Positions 28,892 through 37,136 of a DNA stretch of 64,000 nt are shown piece by piece. Position numbers and translations under genes: made by a program. Positions within the stretch are counted from its first letter, which is position 1; the number at the start of each line of letters is the position of its first letter. The notes below the pieces were generated by a model. That model was not told the DNA's origin and did no database searches. It was given only the letters and a program-made list of their open reading frames with translations. The stretch spans positions 19,432 to 83,431 of the forward strand of contig JBJDZD010000141.1 in the NCBI GenBank assembly GCA_051867815.1, written 5' to 3'. This stretch comes from Eubacteriales bacterium. Lineage in GTDB: Bacteria > Bacillota > Clostridia > Oscillospirales > CAG-272.

Positions 28892-29842
28892 TCAAAAAAC
28901 AGTCTCGATAATTCTTCCTGCACAATCGGGGGAGTAGCGCCAACTGTCGATATGCGAAACGCTCTCGCAATCAACAAAGTAGCGCAGGGGCGCTATCTCG
29001 CCTATGTTTTGATGCGTATCTATCAGGATGAGCTTAACCTTCATGCGCTCCGGGATGATGGATTTGATGAATACGGCGGCGGTATCGCCTATCTCAACGT
29101 CGCGCAGCTCCGGCCTCAGCTCCGCAAGTCCGGCAAGGTTCGGGGTAAGCTCTATGAATATGCCGTAGGTCTCCACACTGCGTACGGTGCCTGCTACGGT
29201 CTGCCCGGGTGTAAACAGAGCGGCGTTCTCCTCCCACGTTCCCAGAAGCTCCTTTTGGCTCAAAAACAGTCTGCCGGTCTCTCGGTCAACGCTTTTTACG
29301 ACGGCGTAGACAAAATTACCGCAGCATAGGCGGTCGCGCGGATGGGAAATGCGCGAGACGGACATGGAATCCACCGGCATCAGCGCCGATATGCCGCATC
29401 CGACGTCGGCAAATGCGCCGAACGGCTCAAGATGCGTAATCTTGACGCGGATGATGTCGCCCGGCAGTAGGGTGGAGAGGTATTCGCGCATGCAGTCGCG
29501 CTGAACGCGTCGGCGTGAGAGGTACGCCACGGGCATGCCGCTTTCCTTTTCAATACCTACCACACGGAAGCAAACGGGCTTGCCGACGCGCGTGATAACG
29601 GCGATGTCCTTTTGCGCCTCGCCGGGGCGACAATATACGCATTCCTCGCGCGGAAGTATGCCGGTGATGCCACCGAGGTCAAAATGGAGATTCATATCCG
29701 CGTCGCACAGAAGCGCGGTTTCCTCAAGGACGGTGCCGTTCAGCATCGCGCGCTCAAGTCCGGCGAGTGATGAGGTAAGATTACGGTTTTCGGGTGTATG
29801 TATGAGTGATCCTTCGGGTTTATACTTTGGTTGCATCTTCAT
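28892..29842 (-). CDS. S1 RNA-binding domain protein (two S1-like domains)
   Basis: PGDIIRVKITHLEPFGAFADVGCGISALMP and PGQTVAGTVRSVETYGIFIELTPNLAGLAE are S1/OB-fold signatures. Confidence 0.7.
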   Translation of the reverse strand: MKMQPKYKPEGSLIHTPENRNLTSSLAGLERAMLNGTVLEETALLCDADMNLHFDLGGITGILPREECVYCRPGEAQKDIAVITRVGKPVCFRVVGIEKESGMPVAYLSRRRVQRDCMREYLSTLLPGDIIRVKITHLEPFGAFADVGCGISALMPVDSMSVSRISHPRDRLCCGNFVYAVVKSVDRETGRLFLSQKELLGTWEENAALFTPGQTVAGTVRSVETYGIFIELTPNLAGLAELRPELRDVEIGDTAAVFIKSIIPERMKVKLILIDTHQNIGEIAPLRYFVDCESVSHIDSWRYSPDCAGRIIETVF

Positions 29843-30008
29843 TGCCTCCTGAGTTTTTTACCATATATATTCGCCGCGCCGCGTTTTCAGAACGGTCAAA
29901 AACGTGATACATACCCCCGAACGAAAGAGCAAAAAGGGCAAAAATCGAAGAAAATCAAAGAAAATGAGGTGCTAAATTAAAAAAGTAAAAAATTTTTTCA
30001 AAAAACTA

Positions 30009-30037
30009 TTGACAAGCGAAAAATAAAGTGGTATAAT
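30009..30037 (+). promoter_or_regulatory. Consensus sigma-A promoter of rplM-rpsI
   Basis: TTGACA (30009-30014), a 17-nt spacer and TATAAT (30032-30037) are preceded by an A/T-rich UP-like tract. Confidence 0.8.
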
Positions 30038-30091
30038 ATCGGAGTCTTAAACAAGGGCACACTGTGCCTATCTATTTTTGGAGGAAAAGAA

Positions 30092-30517
30092 ATGTCCACT
30101 TTCATGGCAAAGGCTGAGACTATCGAGCGCCGTTGGTTCGTTATCGACGCAGCAGGCAAGCCGCTCGGTAGAACAGCAGTTAAAGCTGCGAATATTCTGC
30201 GCGGCAAGCATCGCCCCGAGTTCACACCCCATGTTGACTGCGGCGAGTACGTAATCATTATCAACGCCGATAAGGCTGTTCTGACCGGCCGCAAGCTCGA
30301 GCAGAAGTATTATCAGCATCATTCCGGCTACATCGGTGGCCTCAAGCGCATTCAGTACAAGACCATCATGGCAACTCGTCCCGAGATGGCTATGGAGCTT
30401 GCAGTTAAGAGAATGCTTCCCGCAAACACAATCGGCAGAAAGTCGATGACCAGACTTCATGTTTACTCCGGCGCTGAGCACAATCATGCAGCTCAGAAGC
30501 CCATCGTAATCGACTGA
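30092..30517 (+). CDS. rplM: 50S ribosomal protein L13
   Basis: [26 protein letters not shown] and [13 protein letters not shown] are present. Length is 141 aa. Confidence 0.97.
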   Translation: MSTFMAKAETIERRWFVIDAAGKPLGRTAVKAANILRGKHRPEFTPHVDCGEYVIIINADKAVLTGRKLEQKYYQHHSGYIGGLKRIQYKTIMATRPEMAMELAVKRMLPANTIGRKSMTRLHVYSGAEHNHAAQKPIVID

Positions 30518-30544
30518 CAGAAAGTAGAAAGGAGTTAATTGAAC

Positions 30545-30946
30545 ATGTATACAAGTGCTAAGCCCTATTTCTACGGAACCGGCAGAAGAAAGAAGTCCGT
30601 CGCTCGCGTAAGACTTTATCCCGGCACCGGTGCTATCACCATCAACGGCCGCGATATCAACGATTACTTCGGTCTTGAGACCATGAATCTCATCGTAAAC
30701 CAGCCCTTCGAGGTTACCGGCAACGCAGGTAAGTACGACATCGTTGCAAACGTAACCGGCGGCGGTTTCTCCGGCCAGGCAGGCGCTATCCGCCACGGCC
30801 TCGCTCGTGCACTCGTCCTCGCTGACGAAGCAAACAAGCCCGCCCTCAAGGCAGCAGGCTTCCTGACTCGCGATCCTCGTATGAAGGAAAGAAAGAAGTA
30901 CGGTCTCAAAGCCGCTCGTCGCGCAAGCCAGTTCTCCAAGAGATAA
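30545..30946 (+). CDS. rpsI: 30S ribosomal protein S9
   Basis: [15 protein letters not shown] is present and the C-terminus is [20 protein letters not shown] 30545 is preferred over TTG 30539 on RBS spacing. Confidence 0.97.
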   Translation: MYTSAKPYFYGTGRRKKSVARVRLYPGTGAITINGRDINDYFGLETMNLIVNQPFEVTGNAGKYDIVANVTGGGFSGQAGAIRHGLARALVLADEANKPALKAAGFLTRDPRMKERKKYGLKAARRASQFSKR

Positions 30947-30973
30947 TTTCCCGTCTCTTTGGTTTCATACAAA

Positions 30974-31003
30974 AGCGCTCCCGAATGTCGGGAGCGCTTT
31001 TTT
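30974..31003 (+). terminator. Intrinsic terminator after rpsI
   Basis: The 10-bp stem AGCGCTCCCG/CGGGAGCGCT has a 5-nt loop and is followed by TTTTTT. Confidence 0.85.
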
Positions 31004-31048
31004 CAACCGGCAGTTGGAAGGAAAATTTCCCCTCAAACCAATGCTCTA

Positions 31049-31077
31049 TTGCAAAATCGGTCATTTTGGTGTATAAT
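31049..31077 (+). promoter_or_regulatory. Sigma-A promoter of the glmM-LbH-glmS operon
   Basis: TTGCAA (31049-31054), a 17-nt spacer and TATAAT (31072-31077) lie ~45 nt upstream of GTG 31123. Confidence 0.7.
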
Positions 31078-31122
31078 GAATATTGTATGATAAATATTTT
31101 CCAATCGGAGGTTTGAATAATC

Positions 31123-32787
31123 GTGAAAATCAACGAGCAAATTGCTGCTTTAAGGAAAGAGACCGGCATAACTCAGGATGAGCTTGCCAAGGCAATAGGA
31201 GTTTCCAACCAGGCGGTGAGTAAATGGGAGAGTGGTCAGACCTGCCCCGACCTGCAATTCCTGCCTGCCATAGCTGATTATTTCGGCGTATCCATAGATT
31301 ATCTCATGGGCCGCGGCGAAACGAGCGGGGCGCCGCGCGTATCGCGCCGAGAATACGAGGACATCGTCGACGACCCCAACGCGCCGCCCTTTGAGAGCCG
31401 ATTCTTCGGAACGGACGGCTTCCGCGGTCAGGCCAACGTTGACGTTTCTGCCAAGCACGCATTTGAAATCGGCCGCTTCGTCGGCTGGTTCTATGCCAAT
31501 AAGCTTTCGGGCTGTAAGATCAAGAATTATCGTCCCAAAATCGTTATCGGTAAGGACACGCGCCGCTCGGGCTATATGCTCGAATACGCGCTTGCGGCAG
31601 GTCTTACCTGCTCCGGCGCGGATGCTTATATGCTCCACGTTACCACGACCCCGAGCGTTTCTTACGTCACCCGTCAGGAGGGTTTTGACTGCGGAATCAT
31701 GATCTCCGCATCCCATAACGCTTATTCCGACAACGGCATCAAGCTCATCAACCGCTACGGCGAGAAGATGGAAACGCGCACCCTTGCCTACCTTGAGAGC
31801 TATCTCGAGGGTCAGCTTAAGGCGCCCGATATCGTCAATTCAGAGCTTCCCCTGGCAACGGATAAGAATATCGGTGCGATAATAGACCACTCCGCCGGCA
31901 GAAACCGCTACATCGCCTACCTCATTTCAATCGCGGCTCATTCCTACAAGGGCCTGCGTATCGGCATTGACTGCTCAAACGGCGCTTCGTGGATGATCGC
32001 ACCCTCTGTCTTCAATGCGCTGGGTGCAAACACCTTCGTCATCAACGCTTCGCCCGACGGAACGAATATCAACCGCGATGCCGGCTCGACACATATAGAC
32101 GTCCTCAGAAATCACGTTCGCGCAAATCATCTTGATGTCGGCTTCGCCTTTGACGGTGATGCGGACAGATGCATTGCCGTTGACGAGAACGGAAACGTCG
32201 TTGACGGCGACGTGATCCTCTACATTCTCGGCAACCGCTTGAAGAATAAGAGAAATCTTACGAATAATCTCGTCGTTTCGACCGTTATGTCCAACAGTGG
32301 GTTGGCAAAATCCTTTGCAAAATGCGGTATCGACAATGTCTGCTCCGCAGTCGGCGACCAAAACGTATATGACATGATGTGTGACCGCAACAGCATGCTG
32401 GGCGGAGAGCAGTCCGGTCACATCATATTCCGCAAGTATGCAACCACGGGCGACGGAATTCTGACCGCCATCATGCTTCTTGAAGAAATGCGCGACAAAA
32501 AGCTTCCGCTCGGCAATCTTTACGACGGCCTTGAAATATTCCCCCAGATGCTCAAAAACGTTCACGTCAAGGACAAGGGCAGAGCGGCGAATGACGCCGA
32601 CGTTGCTGCCGAGGTTGAACGAATCAATGCGGAGCTTGACGGCGATGGCAGAGTTCTCGTCCGCAAGAGCGGTACGGAGCAGGTGGTTCGCATCATGGCA
32701 GAGGCGCGTGAGGAAACAAAATGCCGCGAATACATTGCGTCGATTGAAAAGATCATACGCGATAAGGGCTACGCAAGCGAGGAATGA
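31123..32787 (+). CDS. glmM: XRE-family HTH domain fused in frame to phosphoglucosamine mutase
   Basis: The N-terminal ~65 aa (ITQDELAKAIGVSNQAVSKWESGQTCPDLQFLPAIADYFGVSIDYLMG) form a Cro/C1-type HTH. From FGTDGFRGQAN onward the protein is a complete GlmM (GIMISASHNAYSDNGIK, DGDADRCIAVDENG, GGEQSGHIIF, RKSGTEQVVRIMAEA). It is a single 554-aa ORF with a GTG start after a GGAGG RBS. Confidence 0.8.
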   Translation: MKINEQIAALRKETGITQDELAKAIGVSNQAVSKWESGQTCPDLQFLPAIADYFGVSIDYLMGRGETSGAPRVSRREYEDIVDDPNAPPFESRFFGTDGFRGQANVDVSAKHAFEIGRFVGWFYANKLSGCKIKNYRPKIVIGKDTRRSGYMLEYALAAGLTCSGADAYMLHVTTTPSVSYVTRQEGFDCGIMISASHNAYSDNGIKLINRYGEKMETRTLAYLESYLEGQLKAPDIVNSELPLATDKNIGAIIDHSAGRNRYIAYLISIAAHSYKGLRIGIDCSNGASWMIAPSVFNALGANTFVINASPDGTNINRDAGSTHIDVLRNHVRANHLDVGFAFDGDADRCIAVDENGNVVDGDVILYILGNRLKNKRNLTNNLVVSTVMSNSGLAKSFAKCGIDNVCSAVGDQNVYDMMCDRNSMLGGEQSGHIIFRKYATTGDGILTAIMLLEEMRDKKLPLGNLYDGLEIFPQMLKNVHVKDKGRAANDADVAAEVERINAELDGDGRVLVRKSGTEQVVRIMAEAREETKCREYIASIEKIIRDKGYASEE

Positions 32788-33449
32788 TCATGGATTTTCA
32801 CGGTTTGTTTTCATATGAGCGCTCCATTCTCGGAGCAGAGATAGCGAAAGAGAAGTATCCTTGGGATATTCTTCCGAAGCTCAAGGCGCTCATCTCGGAG
32901 CTTGGAACCGCCCTGCCCGAGAGTGAATATGATAAAATAGGGGACGATGTTTGGGTATCGAAGTCGGCAACCGTTGTGCCGAGCGCGTCCATCACCGGAC
33001 CCTGCATAATATGTGCCGGCGCCGAGGTGCGCCATTGCGCTTATATCCGCGGTTCGGTTATAGTCGGCGAGGGCACCGTTGTCGGAAATTCAACGGAAAT
33101 AAAGAACGCGGTGCTTTTCGATAAGGTGCAGGTGCCGCATTATAACTACATCGGCGATTCGATACTCGGCGTCGGCGCGCATTTCGGCGCAGGGGCAGTC
33201 ACCTCGAACGTCAAGGGCAACAAGACCAATGTAAACGTTCACGACAAGGACGGCGACATTGCCACCGGCCTGCGAAAGTTCGGCGCACTCGTGGGTGACG
33301 GCGGAGAGATAGGCTGCGGCTGCGTGCTTAATCCCGGTACCGTTATAGGTAAAAATACTCAGATTTATCCGCTTTGCTCCGTCCGCGGAGTGATAGGCGA
33401 CGGAAAGATCTGCAAATCGGCTGATAATATTGTTAACAAGGAGATATAA
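32784..33449 (+). CDS. Stand-alone left-handed beta-helix (hexapeptide-repeat) transferase resembling the GlmU C-terminal acetyltransferase domain
   Basis: The hexapeptide repeats are IRGSVIVGEGTVVGNSTEIKNAVLFDKVQVPHYNYIGDSILGVGAHFGAGAVTSN. No N-terminal nucleotidyltransferase domain is present. An ATGA overlap links it to glmM. Confidence 0.6.
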   Translation: MIMDFHGLFSYERSILGAEIAKEKYPWDILPKLKALISELGTALPESEYDKIGDDVWVSKSATVVPSASITGPCIICAGAEVRHCAYIRGSVIVGEGTVVGNSTEIKNAVLFDKVQVPHYNYIGDSILGVGAHFGAGAVTSNVKGNKTNVNVHDKDGDIATGLRKFGALVGDGGEIGCGCVLNPGTVIGKNTQIYPLCSVRGVIGDGKICKSADNIVNKEI

Positions 33450-35279
33450 ATGTGCGGAATTATCGGATATACGGGTAAAGAAAAGGCAGTTCCAATACTG
33501 CTTAAGGGTCTTGATGCGCTCTCATACAGAGGCTACGACTCCGCAGGAATTTCGGTAAGCGGAGACGGGATCACAACCGTAAAGGCGAGCGGACGAATTG
33601 ATAAGCTCGTTGAAAAGATAGAAAATACCGTTATCGATGACGGCGGATGCGGCATAGGCCATTCGCGCTGGGCGACCCACGGTGCGCCCACGGACATCAA
33701 CGCCCATCCTCATTCAACACCGAATCTGACGCTCGTACACAACGGTATCATTGAAAACTACGCCGAGATCGGCGAGGAGCTTCGCGGCGAGGGCTATGAA
33801 TTTGTGTCCGAGACCGACACCGAGATTGCCGCTTGCCTCATCGACAAGCACTACAAAGCAACGCACGATCCTCGCGCGGCGATCTTTGCCGCAACTCGCG
33901 AGATCCGCGGCTCTTATGCCTTTGCGGTTATATTCAAGGATGAGCTTTCGCATATTTACGCCATTCGCCACGACAGCCCCCTTATCGTTGCCCGCGGAGC
34001 CGACGGCGCGTACGCCGCATCGGATATAACCGCGCTGGTCGGCAACGCCTCGACCTACTACCGCCCCGACAACGGCGTTCTTGCCGTTTTGGCTGACGGC
34101 GGTGTTTCCTTCTTCGGTGCGGACGGTAAAGCTCTCAAAATGCCTCTGTTCACCATAGACTGGGACGTTGCGCGTGCTCAGCGCGGCGGCTATGCCCATT
34201 TCATGATAAAAGAGATCCACGAGGAGCCGGAATCCATCCGTCAGACCTGCCGCCAGTATATCAAGGACGGTCTGCCTTATTTCGGTGAAACCATCCTCAC
34301 CACCGAATTTGTTCGCGGCATCAGCCGCATCCGTATAATTGCCTGCGGAACGGCAATGAATGCCGGTCTTATCGGTAAGAATTTCATTGAAAAGATCGCG
34401 GCGATCCCCGTCAGCGTTGAGATTGCAAGCGAATTCCGCTACAGAAAGCCCATCATCCACAAGGATGAGCTTGTAATATTCGTTTCTCAGTCCGGCGAGA
34501 CGGCGGACACCCTTGCCGCGCTCCGCTACGTTAAGTCGAGGGGCGTTCCGGCAATATCCGTCGTCAACGTTTTCGGCTCGACCATTGCGTGCGAATCCGA
34601 CACCGTTTTCTATACTTATGCCGGCCCCGAAATTGCCGTTGCAAGCACCAAGGCGTATCACGTTCAGTGCAGCGTTTTCTGCCTGCTTGCCGCGTATATG
34701 GGCATGCTTTCGGGAAATATCACGACCGATGAAGCCGCAAGGATTGCAGGTGTTATTTCGTGCGAAATTCCCGAGGTCGTAGCGACGGTGCTTGAGAGCG
34801 AGGCGCAGAGCGGAGAAGCGGCGCGGTCAATAAAGGACGCGGAGAACCTCTTCTACATCGGCAGATGCATGGACTACGATATCATCACCGAAGGCTCGCT
34901 CAAGCTCAAGGAAATATCCTACATCCACAGCGAGGCCTTTGCTGCAGGCGAGCTTAAGCACGGCACTATCTCACTTATCACCGACAATACGCCCGTCATA
35001 GCGGTTATTACCGAGCGCGAGGTCGCCGAAAAGACGATAACGGGCATGCGCGAGGTCGGCGCGAGAGGCGCAAAGCTGATTGCGGTCGTTTCCGATTACG
35101 TTGACAAGAACTGCGCCGTTGAAGCGGATATCAAGATCGTGCTTCCCGAGACGCCGGAGGGATTTGACGTATTCCCGGCAGTCACGGTAATGCAGCTGAT
35201 CGCATATCATACCTCCGTAGCGAGAGGAAATGACGTCGACAAGCCCAGAAATCTTGCAAAATCCGTAACTGTCGAATAA
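33450..35279 (+). CDS. glmS: Glutamine--fructose-6-phosphate aminotransferase
   Basis: MCGIIGY supplies the N-terminal nucleophile Cys. Two SIS domains are present (SQSGETADT), and the C-terminus is KPRNLAKSVTVE. The gene starts 1 nt after the previous stop. Confidence 0.95.
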   Translation: MCGIIGYTGKEKAVPILLKGLDALSYRGYDSAGISVSGDGITTVKASGRIDKLVEKIENTVIDDGGCGIGHSRWATHGAPTDINAHPHSTPNLTLVHNGIIENYAEIGEELRGEGYEFVSETDTEIAACLIDKHYKATHDPRAAIFAATREIRGSYAFAVIFKDELSHIYAIRHDSPLIVARGADGAYAASDITALVGNASTYYRPDNGVLAVLADGGVSFFGADGKALKMPLFTIDWDVARAQRGGYAHFMIKEIHEEPESIRQTCRQYIKDGLPYFGETILTTEFVRGISRIRIIACGTAMNAGLIGKNFIEKIAAIPVSVEIASEFRYRKPIIHKDELVIFVSQSGETADTLAALRYVKSRGVPAISVVNVFGSTIACESDTVFYTYAGPEIAVASTKAYHVQCSVFCLLAAYMGMLSGNITTDEAARIAGVISCEIPEVVATVLESEAQSGEAARSIKDAENLFYIGRCMDYDIITEGSLKLKEISYIHSEAFAAGELKHGTISLITDNTPVIAVITEREVAEKTITGMREVGARGAKLIAVVSDYVDKNCAVEADIKIVLPETPEGFDVFPAVTVMQLIAYHTSVARGNDVDKPRNLAKSVTVE

Positions 35280-35286
35280 TGAAAAT

Positions 35287-35312
35287 GCCCCGGTGCAAGC
35301 CGGGGCGTTTTT
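35287..35312 (+). terminator. Intrinsic terminator after glmS
   Basis: The stem GCCCCGG/CCGGGGC has a 6-nt loop and is followed by GTTTTT. Confidence 0.8.
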
Positions 35313-35341
35313 GTCGGCGGAAAGGAAGATCAATAAGTAAA

Positions 35342-35370
35342 AAATCTCGGGAGCGTAACTCCCGAGATTT
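35342..35370. terminator. Bidirectional terminator immediately 3' of the tRNA
   Basis: A 12-bp perfect stem AAATCTCGGGAG/CTCCCGAGATTT has a 5-nt loop, with A/T runs on both sides. Confidence 0.8.
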
Positions 35371-35371
35371 T

Positions 35372-35448
35372 TGGTGGGCCATCAAGGACTCGAACCTTGG
35401 ACCGACCGGTTATGAGCCGGTAGCTCTGACCAACTGAGCTAATGGCCC
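35372..35448 (-). tRNA. tRNA with CAT anticodon (sequence resembles the lysidine-modified tRNA-Ile2 type; elongator Met not excluded), CCA encoded
   Basis: The reverse complement GGGCCATTAGCTCAGTTGGTCAGAGCTACCGGCTCATAACCGGTCGGTCCAAGGTTCGAGTCCTTGATGGCCCACCA folds as a 77-nt cloverleaf. It has a 7-bp acceptor stem, a D arm GCTC/GAGC, an anticodon stem ACCGG/CCGGT with loop CTCATAA, and a T arm CAAGG/CCTTG. Confidence 0.9.
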
Positions 35449-35463
35449 TCAGTTGACCATAAT

Positions 35464-35492
35464 ATTATATCGCAAATATGCGTGTTTGTCAA
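35464..35492 (-). promoter_or_regulatory. Perfect-consensus sigma-A promoter driving the tRNA
   Basis: On the minus strand TTGACA (35492-35487), a 17-nt spacer and TATAAT (35469-35464) lie ~15 nt upstream of the tRNA 5' end. Confidence 0.8.
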
Positions 35493-35542
35493 GTCTTTTT
35501 TGAAAAAAGTATTGCTTTTTGCACCGAAAATTCGACAATATC

Positions 35543-35571
35543 TTGACTTTTTCCTCCTATCGTGGTAAAAT
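35543..35571 (+). promoter_or_regulatory. Sigma-A promoter for the 35600 gene
   Basis: TTGACT (35543-35548), a 17-nt spacer and TAAAAT (35566-35571) are present. Confidence 0.6.
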
Positions 35572-35599
35572 AATGTAAAATACGGTAAGGAGCAAGCAA

Positions 35600-36301
35600 A
35601 TGACCAAGAGGGCGTGGATCGTTATCGCGATCATAATTCTGATACCGGTGATTGCCGTGATTGTTGTGGCGTGCAATTTCAAAAGTGACAACAGGGTCGT
35701 TGCAAATTACGGCGAAAGTGTCAATATAATTGAATATGACGGTCTCACTCTGCACCGCGTTGAAGGAGATTTTCAGTACCGCTTCCGCCTCGGCGAGTAC
35801 CTCGGAAAGGTCGGCAATGCTTTCACCGGCGCGCCCCTTTACCGCGTTGCCGACGACTCAAGCGGACGCTACTATGCGATAGCCGAGGGCGGACGGCGGA
35901 CGTTGTTCACCGAAACCGGGACTTTGATCGACGGCGAAAGAGCGGAGAACAGTGAGGTCACGCGCATAGTCTTCAACGATTTTCTGATCGAAGAGAAGGA
36001 TGCCGAAAACATCGCTCTGATCGCGAACCCGGAGGGAAAATTGGTTTCGGTCAATATGTCGTCCTATAAGAAGTTCAGATGCCTGGATCTTTACCTGTCC
36101 TTTGACGGCTCAGCAGTCGTGACCGAGTATTTCGGAAGGCTGCTCTACCTCACCGACCGCGAGAGCTGGATCTTCGTGACGCCCGAAGACCGCGCGGCCG
36201 CCGAGAAGGAATACGGTGATGAAATCGAGGAGACGGTTTATACGGCAAGATTGCTCGAGGGCCGGGAGCTTATCGCCCTGCTTGATTCGTACTTTGATTG
36301 A
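35600..36301 (+). CDS. Membrane-anchored hypothetical protein
   Basis: AAGGAG precedes the ATG. There is an N-terminal TM (WIVIAIIILIPVIAVIVVA). No family was recognised in the 233-aa product. Confidence 0.6.
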   Translation: MTKRAWIVIAIIILIPVIAVIVVACNFKSDNRVVANYGESVNIIEYDGLTLHRVEGDFQYRFRLGEYLGKVGNAFTGAPLYRVADDSSGRYYAIAEGGRRTLFTETGTLIDGERAENSEVTRIVFNDFLIEEKDAENIALIANPEGKLVSVNMSSYKKFRCLDLYLSFDGSAVVTEYFGRLLYLTDRESWIFVTPEDRAAAEKEYGDEIEETVYTARLLEGRELIALLDSYFD

Positions 36302-36324
36302 AAAGCCCACCAAATCAAATATAA

Positions 36325-36360
36325 GGAGCCTCGGGACGCGTCCCGAGGCTCCTCTTTTTT
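36325..36360 (+). terminator. Strong intrinsic terminator
   Basis: A 12-bp perfect stem GGAGCCTCGGGA/TCCCGAGGCTCC has a 4-nt loop and is followed by TCTTTTTT. Confidence 0.9.
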
Positions 36361-36830
36361 GCCCTGAAACGGCAGAAAACCGAATTTCAAAAAATATGTA
36401 ATTAAATGTAAATACTACACGAAAAAGGAAGAATTCCGGCATCAAAACGGGGGAGAGGACGAAAAAAATCACCATTTGCGAGCGATTTGTGCAAAATGTA
36501 CAAAGATCGATTTTCAAGGCTCGGGAACGGACGATTTCACAGGCGCTTTTACTCAAAAAACAGTTGCGCACGCAACCGTCGAAACAAATCATAGTAAATG
36601 AAATTTACCTTTCTGCAATTAAAAGTGAGCTAAAGCTCAAAATCGACCTATTTCGGTCGAAATCAAAGCGAAAATAATGTAATTTATATTTACTGTGCAA
36701 ACTTTTTCTGTGCAAATTGCATGAAAATATTGCACGCAAACGATTTTTGCGTTCATTTGACCGCAATACAACTTTTAATAAATAAAATCCTTAAAATACC
36801 ATCTAAAACATTTAATTAATTATTTCTCTG

Positions 36831-36859
36831 TTGACTAAATTGATGCTTTGTGATATTAT
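36831..36859 (+). promoter_or_regulatory. Sigma-A promoter (extended -10) of the seven-gene accessory operon
   Basis: TTGACT (36831-36836), a 17-nt spacer and TGATATTAT (TGn + TATTAT, 36851-36859) are present. This is the only strong promoter match between 36361 and 37137. Confidence 0.65.
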
Positions 36860-36865
36860 ATAGCT

Positions 36866-37136
36866 ATAAATTTTATGGCATTTTGCCGTTCGCTCCGAGG
36901 GGGATCGTTGCCGCGTGGCCTTGAGCGGAGCGGAGCAGAGCAGCAAAATTTGATGCCCGTGGGCGGTGACTACGCCAACGGTTGCCTGTCATCGGGCAAA
37001 AAACTTTTACAGCAGGGCGGATTTCCGCTTCCGCGCTGCAGGCGGCTCGCGGTAAAATGCGAATGCGCTAAATATGCGGAATTTTATTCTACCCGCAGGC
37101 TCGTGCCTGCAAAAAATTACCCAGGAGGAACCATTT
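36866..37136 (+). promoter_or_regulatory. ~270-nt GC-rich structured 5' leader of the accessory operon (class unknown)
   Basis: The segment is GC-rich within an AT-rich intergenic region. Nested complementary pairs include CGCTCCG/CGGAGCG, GCCCG/CGGGC enclosing GGCG/CGCC, CAGC/GCTG, CCGCG/CGCGG and GCAGG/CCTGC just before the AGGAGGA RBS. No U-tract terminator is present. Confidence 0.4.

Noticed and set aside
30044-30091. The short hairpin GGCAC-ACT-GTGCC followed by TATCTATTTTT in the rplM leader, considered as an L13 autoregulatory attenuator or Rfam L13 leader.
   Set aside because: The stem is only 5 bp, the U-tract is interrupted, and the leader is much shorter than I would expect for that motif. 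It cannot be supported without a covariance-model search.
31004-33450. Search for a glmS ribozyme upstream of glmS or of the operon.
   Set aside because: There is no intergenic space before glmS. The operon leader is only ~45 nt and shows no ribozyme-like core. This should be confirmed with cmsearch RF00234.
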